Below are positions 63,850-64,000 of a stretch of 64,000 nt of DNA, piece after piece (the first letter of the stretch is position 1; the number at the start of each line of letters is the position of its first letter). Both the position numbers and the translations under genes were made by a program. The notes beneath the pieces are model-generated. The model had not been told where the DNA came from. It saw nothing but the letters and a program-made list of their open reading frames with translations, and did not search any database. Source of the DNA: Octopus sinensis (taxonomy: Eukaryota); contig NC_043019.1 of NCBI RefSeq assembly GCF_006345805.1, positions 16,987,360-17,051,359 on the forward strand, written 5' to 3'.

Positions 63850-64000
63850 CCCTTTAGCATTCAGATTACTTATTCAGATGTAATGCTTATCTATTTACAT
63901 TTGTTTTGAATTAGTCGTGCATTATTATCAAAGCTTTCAGATTTTGACTACAGGACTCTTTCCTTGTGCCGGTGGCTCGTAAAAAGCACCAACCAATCGT
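63850..64000 (+). mobile_element. piggyBac-like MITE left end followed by an RTE hairpin unit at the window edge
   Basis: TTAA|CCCTTTAGCATTCAGATTAC; GTGCCGGTGGCTCGTAAAAAGCACC at about 63966-63990. Confidence 0.6.

Overview
AT-rich, repeat-dense eukaryotic DNA. The tRNA-derived SINE families, RTE tails and long (TA)n/(ATGT)n tracts point to a coleoid cephalopod, probably Octopus (inference from pattern recognition, no search run). There is no prokaryote-style operon, CRISPR array or rRNA. Most ORFs in the track are microsatellite or antisense artefacts. Supported content: (i) one plausible host gene on the minus strand, with coding exons 62411-62378 and 48367-48033 joining in phase to give a 122-aa protein with two TM segments and a C-terminal PPPPY motif; (ii) decayed non-LTR retrotransposons (HERO/R2-group RT at 1-2.7 kb, a CR1-type LINE split by a 605-bp solo LTR, many RTE fragments); (iii) DNA transposons (1.19-kb mariner, DD37D element, Helitron, hAT, Tigger-like and piggyBac-like MITEs); (iv) dozens of SINEs from at least four families. 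The most unusual structures are a head-to-head dimer of a tRNA-headed element carrying Penelope-type minimal hammerhead-ribozyme motifs, bounded by one 13-bp TSD (27484-28857), and a piggyBac-like MITE containing 177 bp copied from a site about 3.5 kb away (51239-51595). Several kb between 30 and 37 kb look like decayed coding DNA that I could not identify. SINE and LINE boundaries without a stated TSD are approximate.
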